Below the pieces are notes generated by a model. That model was not told the DNA's origin and did not search any database. It worked only from the letters and a program-made list of their open reading frames with translations. Positions 48,142 to 57,877 of a stretch of DNA of 59,174 nucleotides are shown here, one piece after another. The number at the start of each line of letters is the position of its first letter. Within the stretch, counting starts at the first letter, position 1. Made by a program: the position numbers and the translations under genes. The stretch lies in IMG/VR virus record IMGVR_UViG_3300029787_000038, positions 1 to 59,174 of that record. One strand, given 5' to 3'. The stretch is from a virus (lineage: Duplodnaviria; Caudoviricetes).

Positions 48142-49534
48142 TTTTATTTTTCAAAGCTTCCAATATTTTCTCGTCAATCGTATCAGGACAAACAAGATCT
48201 ATATAGGTTACATTTTTCTTTTGCCCTATACGGTGGGCTCTGTCTTCGCTTTGTAACCTATTTTCCAAATCGTAACTATTGCTATAATAAATAACAGTGC
48301 TTGCTGCAGACAACGTAATGCCATATCCACCTGTCTTTGGTTGACCGACAAAAAACCGTAAGTCAGAGTTCATATCCTGAAACCTGTGTACGATCTCCTG
48401 TCGATCTTCTTGAGGTGTTTCACCATAATAAAGTGCGACCGAATCAGGCCCAAAACGGTCGCGCAGGGATCTAGCAATCTGTTGAATATCATGTGTAAAC
48501 GATGCCCAAATGATTGCTTTCCCCTGTAGCTCGTCCGTAATATCTAGCAATTCACTTAATCTGTTGTTTGCTAAAGGACGTATATCTCCTATGTCGGGCT
48601 GAAAAAACCCACAACATATTTGTTGTAATCTCATAATCTGTGTCAAAATGCTTGCTGTCGTCGATAATTCACCGCTCTCAAGCTGTGCTAGGGCAAGCTT
48701 CTTCATTTGATTGTAAACGGTAGATTGCTCGTCAGAGAGCGTTATATTGCGTCTGGTGTACAATTTCTCAGGTAAATCCAAACACTCCTCTTTCAAAGTG
48801 CGTGTGCTAAACTGTTCAAGCTTCTCGTTAAGTTCCTCAAGGTTCCTATATCCTACAATCTCCTGAAATGACCGCGCACCAAAGGCTCTCTGCTTTATAA
48901 TAGCGTACCGACCTTGAAATGCGTAATAACTACTAAAGTTAAGGGCTCTGTTAGATAAAAAAGAACACTGACTATATAAGTCCATTGGGCTCTTAGTAAT
49001 AGGAGATCCCGTCAAGATCCTACGATAACTACTGTAACTTTTTAACGTCATTAAGTTCTTTGTCCGCGAAGCCCCTCTATTCTTTATAGTGGTGCTTTCA
49101 TCGACAATAATCATGTTATCTTCATTCTGTATAAGAAAGACACCCGCTATCTTTGCACCCTTGGTCGTGGACAACGCTTCTATGTTCATCACAAAAATCT
49201 TCAGACCATCATATCGTTCTTTTACAAAGCTCTCTAATTCGTTCTTGTAAGCAATACTTAATCTGGGTTGCCACCTTACGACTTTAACAGGCACGTCATC
49301 TGATAAATGCTTTGGTATCTCTACCTTAACCCAGTTATCGTACACCCCCTTTGGTGCAATAATCAAAGCAGCCGATATCTTTTTTTGTTGATACAATATA
49401 CCTAGATTATCCAAGGCTACCTTGGTTTTACCTGTACCCATCTCCATAAAAAAAGCATAGTATCTTTCGTTACAGGCTTTCTCCAAAGCTTCGGCCTGAT
49501 GCTTAAAGGGTTTGGTTTTAAATTTATATTTCAT
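48089..49534 (-). CDS. SNF2-like SF2 helicase
   Basis: MGTGKT, DEST, LTGSP, QSEDRAHRIGQ. Confidence 0.9.
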   Translation of the reverse strand: MKYKFKTKPFKHQAEALEKACNERYYAFFMEMGTGKTKVALDNLGILYQQKKISAALIIAPKGVYDNWVKVEIPKHLSDDVPVKVVRWQPRLSIAYKNELESFVKERYDGLKIFVMNIEALSTTKGAKIAGVFLIQNEDNMIIVDESTTIKNRGASRTKNLMTLKSYSSYRRILTGSPITKSPMDLYSQCSFLSNRALNFSSYYAFQGRYAIIKQRAFGARSFQEIVGYRNLEELNEKLEQFSTRTLKEECLDLPEKLYTRRNITLSDEQSTVYNQMKKLALAQLESGELSTTASILTQIMRLQQICCGFFQPDIGDIRPLANNRLSELLDITDELQGKAIIWASFTHDIQQIARSLRDRFGPDSVALYYGETPQEDRQEIVHRFQDMNSDLRFFVGQPKTGGYGITLSAASTVIYYSNSYDLENRLQSEDRAHRIGQKKNVTYIDLVCPDTIDEKILEALKNKINLSQKVFGEEARNWLK

Positions 49535-49543
49535 TTTTACCTC

Positions 49544-49573
49544 TTGACAGCATCTTATAATATCTTATATGGT
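49544..49573 (+). promoter_or_regulatory. Replication-operon promoter with tandem ATCTTATA boxes
   Basis: TTGACA, ATCTTATA x2 (49552, 49562), TATGGT; divergent from the helicase gene. Confidence 0.65.
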
Positions 49574-49620
49574 TAAGTCAAGGCCATAAAAAGGTCTTTA
49601 ACAACGAAAAAGGAACAACG

Positions 49621-50190
49621 ATGAATAGTATATTTGAAGACATGGAGGAGGAGCAATCTTCCAACATTAATAATTTAGAGCAGGATGATTTAACTTCTGT
49701 TGCATCATTGGCTAAAAAACAAAAAAATCAGGAACAAAAGGTCAAAGACTTGGAGGCTGAATTAAAAGAAGCCAAGAAAGAGCTTCTACGAATCAGTGAC
49801 GAAGAAATACCAAATCTTATGACAGAAACAGGGTTGGCATCTATTAAGTTAGATGACGGATCCTCTCTTGAAATCAAAAACATATATGGCGCATCCATTC
49901 TTGTTGCTAACCGTGAGAAAGCTTACGATTGGCTAAGAGAGCATGGGCACGATGACATTATAAAGAATAAAGTTGTCGCTACCTTTGGTCGTGGACAAGA
50001 GGATGATGCCAAGGTTTTTATGCGTGTAGCTTACGATAATGGTGTAGCTACCGATCAAGAGTCCAAAATAGAATCTCAAACCTTAAAGGCTTGGGTTAAA
50101 GAAAGAATGGAAGCAGGGGAGGAGTTTCCAACAGAACTCTTTGGTGCTTTTATGGGTCAACGTGCAATCATTAAAGGAGGAAAAAAATGA
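49621..50190 (+). CDS. Replication-module hypothetical protein
   Basis: Coiled N-terminus, WLREHGHDDIIKN. Confidence 0.75.
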   Translation: MNSIFEDMEEEQSSNINNLEQDDLTSVASLAKKQKNQEQKVKDLEAELKEAKKELLRISDEEIPNLMTETGLASIKLDDGSSLEIKNIYGASILVANREKAYDWLREHGHDDIIKNKVVATFGRGQEDDAKVFMRVAYDNGVATDQESKIESQTLKAWVKERMEAGEEFPTELFGAFMGQRAIIKGGKK

Positions 50191-50948
50191 CAACTGCCGT
50201 AGATGAAAAAAAGAAAACCGAGGTAGTTGCATTTGACGCCTCAATAATGGAAGCAGACGCAGGGTCTGGTATTATTGATTTAGAAAGTGATGATCTAGCT
50301 CTGCCTTTTCTAAAAATATTATCTGGGCTCGACAGTAAGCTTGACGACTTGGATAATGCTAAAAGAGGGGACATCATTAATAGTGTCACAGATCAAATAT
50401 ACAAAGGTAAGGATGGGGTCGATGTCGTACCTTGTGCTTATGAAAGAGTATATATCCAATGGTCGCCTCGTGGTGAGGGAACAGGGGCACCTGTCTCTGT
50501 TTATAAAACCAAGGATGAATGCCCTAAGTTTGAAAGAAGTTCAGAAGATAACAAAGATTATCTAACAGACGGATCAGGACAATACATCGAAGAGACGCAT
50601 CAGCATTATGTGTTGGTGTTAAATAAAGATGGTGGTGCAGACCAAGCTTTAATTGCTATGAAATCTACACAGTTAAAGAAAAGCCGTAAATGGAATAGCA
50701 TGATGTTATCTGCAACCATCAAGGGGAAGAACGGATTGTTTACACCGCCTCGTTTTGGGTTTGTGTATCACATGAAGTCTGTTGCAGAAGAGAACTCAAA
50801 AGGCTCTTGGCACGGATGGGAGATGTCAAGGAAAGATCCCGTCAACAGTGCCGACATATATGCTAAGGCAAAGTCTTTTGCCGAAAGCATTAAAAAGGGA
50901 AGCGTTGTTGTTAAACACGAGAAAGATGAGAGCGAAACTCCCTTCTAA
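50187..50948 (+). CDS. Putative single-stranded DNA-binding protein
   Basis: Acidic C-terminus ending PF; replication module. Confidence 0.55.
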   Translation: MTTAVDEKKKTEVVAFDASIMEADAGSGIIDLESDDLALPFLKILSGLDSKLDDLDNAKRGDIINSVTDQIYKGKDGVDVVPCAYERVYIQWSPRGEGTGAPVSVYKTKDECPKFERSSEDNKDYLTDGSGQYIEETHQHYVLVLNKDGGADQALIAMKSTQLKKSRKWNSMMLSATIKGKNGLFTPPRFGFVYHMKSVAEENSKGSWHGWEMSRKDPVNSADIYAKAKSFAESIKKGSVVVKHEKDESETPF

Positions 50949-52486
50949 TGTCAGTAGAGCAATTTTCATCAATCTTTGACGGATTGAAGGAAGCCTACGG
51001 TACTTACAAAGTTGAAAAGACACAACTAAACGGTAAGAACACTGGCAAGGCTTCCATCATCCGCGAACCACGGACCCTGAACCTTTGGGAGGGACACCTG
51101 TCTGGTAAGGGTGATGCGTTAGGCATCATCCCTATCAATGAGAGCAATAGGTGTAAATGGGGATGTATTGATGTTGATCAATATCCACTTGACCATAAAA
51201 ATCTTGTCGATAAGATTAGAAAACTCAAACTCCCTTTAGTAGTGTGTCGCTCCAAGTCAGGAGGGGCACACTGTTTTTTGTTTCTAACCGATTGGGTAGA
51301 TGCAAAAGATTTACAAAGAACCTTACAACATATTAGTGCTGCCCTTGGGTATGGAGACAGTGAGATCTTTCCCAAGCAGGTTAAGTTGAATTTAGAGCGT
51401 GGTGACGTGGGTAACTTCTTGAACTTACCTTATTACGACCACGAGGAGGGGCTACGGTACGCCTTTCTTGATGAGGGCACCTCAGCTACCCTAAAAGAGT
51501 TTATCGCTCTGTACGAGCGTTTTAAGCAGACCCCAGAGCAAATGAAAAAGCTACAGATAGAAGAACAACCAGAGTTTGCTTCTATGAGGGATGGTCCGCC
51601 CTGTTTACAGATTATTATGGCGGGTAAAATATCCGAAGGTGGACGCAACAATGGTTTGTTTAACATTGGTGTTTACCTACGCAAAGCTTTTCCTGATTCG
51701 TGGGAGAGTGAAATACTGAATTATAATATGCAGTATTTAGAACCACCATTGCCTTTGAATGAAGTCAATGTAGTGGCAAGACAGTTACACCGTAAAGATT
51801 ATGCTTATAAGTGTTCAGATGCCCCTATCAACGCCCACTGCAACAAAGAACTGTGTCGTACACGACGTTATGGTATCGGGGCTGCGGTACAAGGGGCAAA
51901 CATTGCTAACCTTAGAAAATATAATTCTACCCCGCCTGTGTGGTTTATTGACGTAAACGGAGAACCGCTTGAACTAGATACTGATGCTTTGATGAGCCAA
52001 GGGTTGTTTCAAAAAGCTTGTATGGAACAACTACACATGATGCCCAGAACCGTATCCAGAAACATTTGGGAAAGCAGGATTAGTTCTTTGATGACCGAGA
52101 TGAAAGAAAACGAAAGTGCCATTATGGAAGTGTCCCAAGATGCGAGCATTAGCGGACAGTTTTATGATTACCTAGAGGAGTTCTGTCGTCATTTGCAACA
52201 GGCACAGGACAGGGAAGAGATCCTGTTACGCAAGCCTTGGACAGATGAAGAAGAGGGCTTTACCTATTTCAGGCTGAAGGACTTTGAGAACCACCTCAAA
52301 AAGAATAGGTTTTTTGAGTATAAGTCTCATAAGGTGGCCCAAAGACTTAGGGACATACAAGGTGAAAGCACCGTCCTCAAGATCAAAGGGTCTACACTCA
52401 GGGTATGGAAGATACCTGCCTTTGAGTTTTCTGCAGTAGAAGTCGATACACCTGAGTTTGGTGATAAAAGAAAGACCCCTTGGTAA
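50948..52486 (+). CDS. Primase (AEP/prim-pol type with PriCT-like domain)
   Basis: CIDVD, SKSGGAH, PPCL, GGRNNGLF. Confidence 0.75.
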   Translation: MSVEQFSSIFDGLKEAYGTYKVEKTQLNGKNTGKASIIREPRTLNLWEGHLSGKGDALGIIPINESNRCKWGCIDVDQYPLDHKNLVDKIRKLKLPLVVCRSKSGGAHCFLFLTDWVDAKDLQRTLQHISAALGYGDSEIFPKQVKLNLERGDVGNFLNLPYYDHEEGLRYAFLDEGTSATLKEFIALYERFKQTPEQMKKLQIEEQPEFASMRDGPPCLQIIMAGKISEGGRNNGLFNIGVYLRKAFPDSWESEILNYNMQYLEPPLPLNEVNVVARQLHRKDYAYKCSDAPINAHCNKELCRTRRYGIGAAVQGANIANLRKYNSTPPVWFIDVNGEPLELDTDALMSQGLFQKACMEQLHMMPRTVSRNIWESRISSLMTEMKENESAIMEVSQDASISGQFYDYLEEFCRHLQQAQDREEILLRKPWTDEEEGFTYFRLKDFENHLKKNRFFEYKSHKVAQRLRDIQGESTVLKIKGSTLRVWKIPAFEFSAVEVDTPEFGDKRKTPW

Positions 52487-53997
52487 TGTTTAGAATATTT
52501 GGACCACCCGGCACAGGTAAGACCACTACGCTACTTAATATGGTAGACGAAGCCCTTTCCTCAGGTGTGACCCCAAACAAAATAGCTTTCTTGGCTTTTA
52601 CCCGCAAAGCTGCCCACGAAGCCAAGGAAAGAGCTTGCCAACGCTTTAAACTAGATCCACAAAAAGATCTATATTATTTTCGTACTTTACATAGTCTTGC
52701 CCTTACTCTGTCCGACATACGAACTGAACAGGTTATGCAAGCAGAAAACTACAGGGAACTATCCGAGAAGATAGGTATTACTCTTCATGTAGATAGACCC
52801 TCGTCCGATGATCTACCTGATATGCTCAAGGCTCACGACCCGATCCTTGGTCTTATCAATCTAGCTCGTCTCAGAAGAGTATCCTTAAAAAAACAATATG
52901 ATAATAGCACTGTTGAGGAGCCTTGGGTTACAGTTGATTATGTAGACAGGGGGCTCAGGAAGTACAAAGAAGCAAACGGTTTGTTTGATTTTACCGATAT
53001 GCTTGAACAGTTTGTACAGGAGTCCCACCGTTATTGCCCTGACTTTGACCTTTGTTTTCTGGACGAGGCACAGGACTTGTCCCCTTTACAATGGCAGATA
53101 GCTCATCTCATAGAGAAGAAAGCAAAGAAGATGTACTGTGCAGGGGACGATGATCAGGCTATTTATAAGTGGGCAGGTGCAGACGTACATCATTTTATTA
53201 CAATGGATAGCCCCTCAGAGACCCTGTCTCAATCCCACCGTGTCCCTAAGAATGTACATTGTGTTGCAGAAAATGTAGCTAGGCGCATTAAAAAACGTCA
53301 TGCCAAGAAGTATGAACCAAGGAATTTAGACGGACAAGTAGAACGTATCTGGGATATCAACCAATTAGATATGTCCGAGGGCGAGTGGCTCATTCTAGCT
53401 CAGGCGGGGTATCAACTGAGCCCTGTTAAAAATACCTTACGGTCAAATGGATTACTGTTTGAATACCGTGGCTCACGGTCCATTAATGAAAAGATCAGTA
53501 TTGCCGTCAATGCTTGGGAGGACTTACGCAAAGAAAGACCTATCTCAGGTAAAGAAGCACGAACCATGTATCACTATATGTCTGTCGGCAAGGGTGTAAA
53601 GCGTGGTTACAAAAAGCTTAATGGTTTAGATGACGGTGATATGATTACTTATGTTGAGTTAAAAGATAACTTTGGTCTGTTAAAAGACCTAGAAGAGATA
53701 TGGCATCTTGCGCTTGATAAAATTCCTGAAGAGGAACGAGCGTATATTATTGCCATGTTGAGGCGGGGAGAAAAGTTCAATGGTATTCCCCGCATTTCAG
53801 TGTCCACGATCCACGGCTCAAAGGGAGGAGAAGCCGATAATGTCGTATTACATACCGACTTGTCATGGGCGGCTGAACAAAGCTCACGTTTAGAACCTGA
53901 TGATATCCATCGGGTTTTTTACGTGGGCGTAACAAGGGCAAAAGAAAATCTATATATAGTAGAACCCGAAGACGCAACGAGGAGTTACGATTTATGA
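52486..53997 (+). CDS. uvrD: UvrD/Rep-like SF1 helicase
   Basis: GPPGTGKT, DEAQD, GDDDQAIY, STIHGSKGGE, YVGVTRAK. Confidence 0.9.
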   Translation: MFRIFGPPGTGKTTTLLNMVDEALSSGVTPNKIAFLAFTRKAAHEAKERACQRFKLDPQKDLYYFRTLHSLALTLSDIRTEQVMQAENYRELSEKIGITLHVDRPSSDDLPDMLKAHDPILGLINLARLRRVSLKKQYDNSTVEEPWVTVDYVDRGLRKYKEANGLFDFTDMLEQFVQESHRYCPDFDLCFLDEAQDLSPLQWQIAHLIEKKAKKMYCAGDDDQAIYKWAGADVHHFITMDSPSETLSQSHRVPKNVHCVAENVARRIKKRHAKKYEPRNLDGQVERIWDINQLDMSEGEWLILAQAGYQLSPVKNTLRSNGLLFEYRGSRSINEKISIAVNAWEDLRKERPISGKEARTMYHYMSVGKGVKRGYKKLNGLDDGDMITYVELKDNFGLLKDLEEIWHLALDKIPEEERAYIIAMLRRGEKFNGIPRISVSTIHGSKGGEADNVVLHTDLSWAAEQSSRLEPDDIHRVFYVGVTRAKENLYIVEPEDATRSYDL

Positions 53998-54248
53998 AAA
54001 GAGCAGAAGTATTAAAAAAGGCAGAGTTAATGATCAACGGACCCAGAGCCAAAGACTATGGGGACGCTTATAAAAACCATGAGCGCATTGCAAAAATGTG
54101 GTCTGTTTTATTGGAAAAAGAAGTAACCGTGCCTCAAGTCTATCAATGTATGATAGCCATCAAGCTTTCTCGACTAATAGAAACACCTGACCACGAGGAC
54201 AGTTGGATTGATATTTGTGGCTATGGTGCTTTGGGTGGAGAGAAGTAA
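53994..54248 (+). CDS. DUF6378-like phage protein
   Basis: GPRAKDYG...KLSRL...DSWIDICGY. Confidence 0.75.
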   Translation: MKRAEVLKKAELMINGPRAKDYGDAYKNHERIAKMWSVLLEKEVTVPQVYQCMIAIKLSRLIETPDHEDSWIDICGYGALGGEK

Positions 54249-55018
54249 TGGCTTGCAATAAACACTCTATGTCTCAGGTGTATAAAATTTTATCCGATTA
54301 TAAAGGTTCAGAGCATAAGTTTGAAAAAGGTGAAAAAAAGAAAAAATTTAATTTAAGCTTTATTTGTTGTGTAGATACAAAGTATGGGAATATTAATTCT
54401 TCCACAGATGAATGGTTTATTGGCGAAGATGGTTTCTTTTTTAAGGACACTTATGAGAATCTTTATAAAACAAACAGCAAAAGTTTTAACCTTTTTTCGA
54501 ATGAGCATGACATCATTGAGGGCATGAACTTTTCATTTACAGCTAATGTTTCAGATAACAAAGAATTAGTTTACCTTAAACAATGTAAGTATACACAATT
54601 AAACTATGTAAAAGACGTCGATATCCTTTCTTATCCAGAAAAGACTTATCAAACAGATGAAGAAAAAGAAGAGGACTTGAGACAATCTAAACGTATAGAG
54701 CGTGGTCCTGATGGGGATCTAGTCAAAGAACATTTTCAGGATGAATGTCAAATATGTAATGCACAAGGTATTTTTGAAAACTATTCCTTCATAAAAGAAA
54801 ATGGTCGTCAATACTCAGAGGCTCATCATGTTATCCCACTTTCTCAAAAGGGTACCGATACGCCCGACAACATTATGTGTCTTTGTGCTAATCACCACAG
54901 GCAAATGCACTACGGTGACGCATTTGTTAGGTATGATTGCAAAAATTTTTATGTGACCCTTGATGGTAAAGAACTTAAACCAATACCAAAATGGAGGATG
55001 AAATGTCCTTACAACTAA
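54248..55018 (+). CDS. HNH endonuclease
   Basis: CQIC...EAHHVIPLS...NIMCLCANHH; TAATG coupling. Confidence 0.85.
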   Translation: MACNKHSMSQVYKILSDYKGSEHKFEKGEKKKKFNLSFICCVDTKYGNINSSTDEWFIGEDGFFFKDTYENLYKTNSKSFNLFSNEHDIIEGMNFSFTANVSDNKELVYLKQCKYTQLNYVKDVDILSYPEKTYQTDEEKEEDLRQSKRIERGPDGDLVKEHFQDECQICNAQGIFENYSFIKENGRQYSEAHHVIPLSQKGTDTPDNIMCLCANHHRQMHYGDAFVRYDCKNFYVTLDGKELKPIPKWRMKCPYN

Positions 55019-56895
55019 CAATGTTTGCACCCAAGAGCGAATGGGTGCCCCCTTATGAACTACCTGATCTCAGTCACTGTAAGCAAATTGCCATTGACGT
55101 AGAAACCAGAGATCCGAACATCAAATCTAAAGGACCGGGTTGGCCTACAGGAGACGGTATGATTGTAGGATATGCCATTGCCACCGAATCATGGTCACAT
55201 TATATCCCTGTTAAACACGTCGGCGGGGGTAATTTAGATGAAAGAATCGTCAATAGGTGGTTAAAAAAGGTTTTTGAGAGCCCTGCAGATAAAATTATGC
55301 ACAATGCACAGTATGATGCAGGGTGGATTAGACAAGAGGGCTTTACTTTAAACGGTAGAATCATTGATACAATGGTCATTGCCTCGTTATTGGACGAAAA
55401 CCGCTTTAGTTATAGCCTAAATGCTCTTTCTTACGACTATTTAAGCAAAACCAAGTCCGAAAAAGAATTAAATGAAGCTGCATCTGCCTTTGGTGTCGAT
55501 CCAAAAGCTGAAATGTGGAAGTTACCTGCCATGTTTGTAGGTCCTTACGCTACCGACGACGCAAAACTGACCTTGGACCTTTGGAATTACTTTTCTGTCG
55601 AGATTAACAAGCAAGGATTGTCAAAAATAGCTGATTTAGAGTTAAATTTACTGCCCTGTTTGATTGATATGACATGGAGAGGTGTTAGAGTGGACCTTGA
55701 TAAGGCCGAATCACTTAGAAACACCCTCCTCAAGCGTGAAAATGAAACTTTACACAAGATAAAAAAGCTTACGGGGCTTGAAATAGAGGTTTGGGCGGCT
55801 CAATCTATAGCCAAAGCCTTTGACAAACTTAATATTAAGTACGAAAGAACTGAAAAAGGTGTGCCCTCCTTTACCAAGTCTTTCCTGAAAGATCATCCAC
55901 ACGAGCTTTCTAAATTAATTGTGGACGTTAGGAACCTTAACAAGACCAGTGGTACGTTTATCAACACAATTATGAAGCATTGCCACAAAGACGGACGCAT
56001 TCATAGTCATATTAACCAGATACGCTCCGACCAAGGGGGCACGGTATCGGGTAGAATATCCATGAACAATCCTAATTTACAGCAGATCCCCGCTAGAGAT
56101 CCTGAATTAGGTCCTATGATTCGTTCTTTGTTCCTACCTGAAGAGGGAGAGCAGTGGGGTTCTATTGATTTCTCGCAACAGGAGCCACGGATCTTGGTTC
56201 ACTACGCTCATGTCTTTGGTGTATCCAGAAAAGTACCGCTTAAAGGCGCAAAAGAGTTTGTCGAAGCTTATAATGACGACCCGACTACCGATTTTCATAC
56301 GATGGTTGCAGAAATGGCACAGATACCGCGTAAGTCCGCCAAGACCATCAACCTCGGCATGATGTACGGCATGGGTGTCAACAAGTTATCCGAGCAATTA
56401 GGCATAGAAGTAGAGGAAGCCAAGTCCATTATTCGTCAGTACCACGAGCGAGTACCCTTTGTGAAGGGCTTGATGAACGGGGTAATGAACCATTTAAATG
56501 AACGAGATAGCTCAGGCTCCGTAAGATCACTACTCGGCCGAAAATGCCGCTTTGATTTATGGGAACCTGACCGCTTTGAAATGAACAAGGCTATGCCTTT
56601 TGAGCAAGCTGTACAGGAATATGGTAAAACCACCAAGCTCAAGCGGGCTTATACCTACAAAGCCCTAAACAGGCTTATTCAAGCGTCGGCCGCGGACATG
56701 ACAAAGAAAGCTATGGTCGATATTTACCAATCAGGTCGCGTCCCTCTTATACAAATACACGACGAGATAGCGATTTCTGTCAGAGATAAACCAGATGCAG
56801 AAAGTATTTCCCGAATCATGGAAAATGCAGTACCTTTAGAGGTGCCTAACAAATGTGACGTGGAGGTGGGTCGCAGTTGGGGAACCGCTCAATGA
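55003..56895 (+). CDS. polA: Family A DNA polymerase with 3'-5' exonuclease (version B)
   Basis: Exo DVET, HNAQYD, YATDD; polymerase motifs A, B, C. Confidence 0.95.
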   Translation: MSLQLTMFAPKSEWVPPYELPDLSHCKQIAIDVETRDPNIKSKGPGWPTGDGMIVGYAIATESWSHYIPVKHVGGGNLDERIVNRWLKKVFESPADKIMHNAQYDAGWIRQEGFTLNGRIIDTMVIASLLDENRFSYSLNALSYDYLSKTKSEKELNEAASAFGVDPKAEMWKLPAMFVGPYATDDAKLTLDLWNYFSVEINKQGLSKIADLELNLLPCLIDMTWRGVRVDLDKAESLRNTLLKRENETLHKIKKLTGLEIEVWAAQSIAKAFDKLNIKYERTEKGVPSFTKSFLKDHPHELSKLIVDVRNLNKTSGTFINTIMKHCHKDGRIHSHINQIRSDQGGTVSGRISMNNPNLQQIPARDPELGPMIRSLFLPEEGEQWGSIDFSQQEPRILVHYAHVFGVSRKVPLKGAKEFVEAYNDDPTTDFHTMVAEMAQIPRKSAKTINLGMMYGMGVNKLSEQLGIEVEEAKSIIRQYHERVPFVKGLMNGVMNHLNERDSSGSVRSLLGRKCRFDLWEPDRFEMNKAMPFEQAVQEYGKTTKLKRAYTYKALNRLIQASAADMTKKAMVDIYQSGRVPLIQIHDEIAISVRDKPDAESISRIMENAVPLEVPNKCDVEVGRSWGTAQ

Positions 56896-56916
56896 CCTGT
56901 ATACCATCTCAAACTT

Positions 56917-56955
56917 GTGCCCTCCTTCCTCCCTTTCGAGGAGGGCACCCTTTTT
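56917..56955 (+). terminator. Terminator after polA (B)
   Basis: GTGCCCTCCT...AGGAGGGCAC then T-run. Confidence 0.7.
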
Positions 56956-57007
56956 CCCTTGAATAATCCAATAAAATCTTATATATTCTCATTAAAGGAG
57001 ATGCAAA

Positions 57008-57190
57008 ATGGATACAACTAAATGGAAAAGTGTGCTTGTTCCTATCGAAGTGTACAGAGAATTGAAGGCCCTGTCCCGCGAACAGGGGCGCACGATGGGG
57101 GGACAGTTAAAGATCATGTATCAAGTCTATGAAGCCTATCAAAATAAAGAATTAACCTTTTCTACGGAACCACCTGAAAAAAGAGTTTGA
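57008..57190 (+). CDS. Ribbon-helix-helix-like DNA-binding protein (B)
   Basis: KSVLVPIEVYRELKALSREQGRTMGGQL; promoter TTGAAT-17-TATATT. Confidence 0.7.
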   Translation: MDTTKWKSVLVPIEVYRELKALSREQGRTMGGQLKIMYQVYEAYQNKELTFSTEPPEKRV

Positions 57191-57221
57191 CAGATCCCAT
57201 AAAATCTTTTACGGTTAAGTC

Positions 57222-57292
57222 ACTCCATGTGATAAAGAGTCGTTGTTAATCCTATGATTTGTTCAAACCAACCTGACAACGGCTCTTTTTTT
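57222..57292 (+). ncRNA. Candidate anti-Shine-Dalgarno small RNA (B)
   Basis: TTGACA-17-TACGGT; 5' ACTCCATGT; stem AAAGAGTCGTTGTTA/TGACAACGGCTCTTT plus T-run. Confidence 0.6.
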
Positions 57293-57297
57293 ATGTC

Positions 57298-57391
57298 TTG
57301 ACAGCTATCCCATAAAAGCGCATACTAATACTGTTACAAGTTCAAGTTAGGTTTAAGCTCAGTTGCCTAATGGTAGGCTTGGGCTTGTAAC
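57298..57391 (+). promoter_or_regulatory. Promoter and structured 5' leader
   Basis: TTGACA-17-CATACT; stem GTTACAAGTTCAAG/CTTGGGCTTGTAAC. Confidence 0.55.
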
Positions 57392-57409
57392 TTTAGTATG
57401 GAGATACAA

Positions 57410-57559
57410 ATGAATAAAAAAAAATCATTAGCCGAGCAGTTTGGCATTCACAGGTTTTACAAACCCAACAAAGAACACACTAGTCGTTGGGTTTGGAGAA
57501 AACTACCCGCTCGTCTATTTAAAAAAAAAGAGAGGAAAAAGGATGACAAAAAAACTTAG
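57410..57559 (+). CDS. Small basic protein (49 aa), not in track
   Basis: ATGGAG RBS. Confidence 0.55.
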   Translation: MNKKKSLAEQFGIHRFYKPNKEHTSRWVWRKLPARLFKKKERKKDDKKT

Positions 57560-57728
57560 TCCTGCAGAAGAGTATGAACTAAATTTTTTAAGAAAACAGG
57601 TAGATCACTACGAAACCAAGGTCTTTGAATTAAAAAGACATAAAGACATAGCTAGGGATCACGAGAGAGCAAGAGAAGAACTTAAAACTTATGTATTGAA
57701 ATTAAGAGGATTAGGGAGGGAAGTATGA
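57543..57728 (+). CDS. Hypothetical coiled protein
   Basis: GAGGA RBS before ATG 57543. Confidence 0.65.
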   Translation: MTKKLSPAEEYELNFLRKQVDHYETKVFELKRHKDIARDHERAREELKTYVLKLRGLGREV

Positions 57729-57877
57729 CAGAGAGTGAAAAGAAAGAAGAGTTCTTTAAACACTTAAATAACGTACTGGCGGATAAGTTACTGAAGCCCG
57801 CTATTATATTGGAATACATTAATCAATATAAAATTAGCATGGGAGAGAGTAATGACCAATCAAATAATGATGTATAG
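57725..57877 (+). CDS. Hypothetical protein (50 aa)
   Basis: ATGA coupling; GGAGG RBS. Confidence 0.5.
   Translation: MTESEKKEEFFKHLNNVLADKLLKPAIILEYINQYKISMGESNDQSNNDV

Noticed and set aside
57333-57391. Possible tRNA
   Set aside because: Nested hairpin without a cloverleaf, T-loop or CCA; no tRNA recognised in the window
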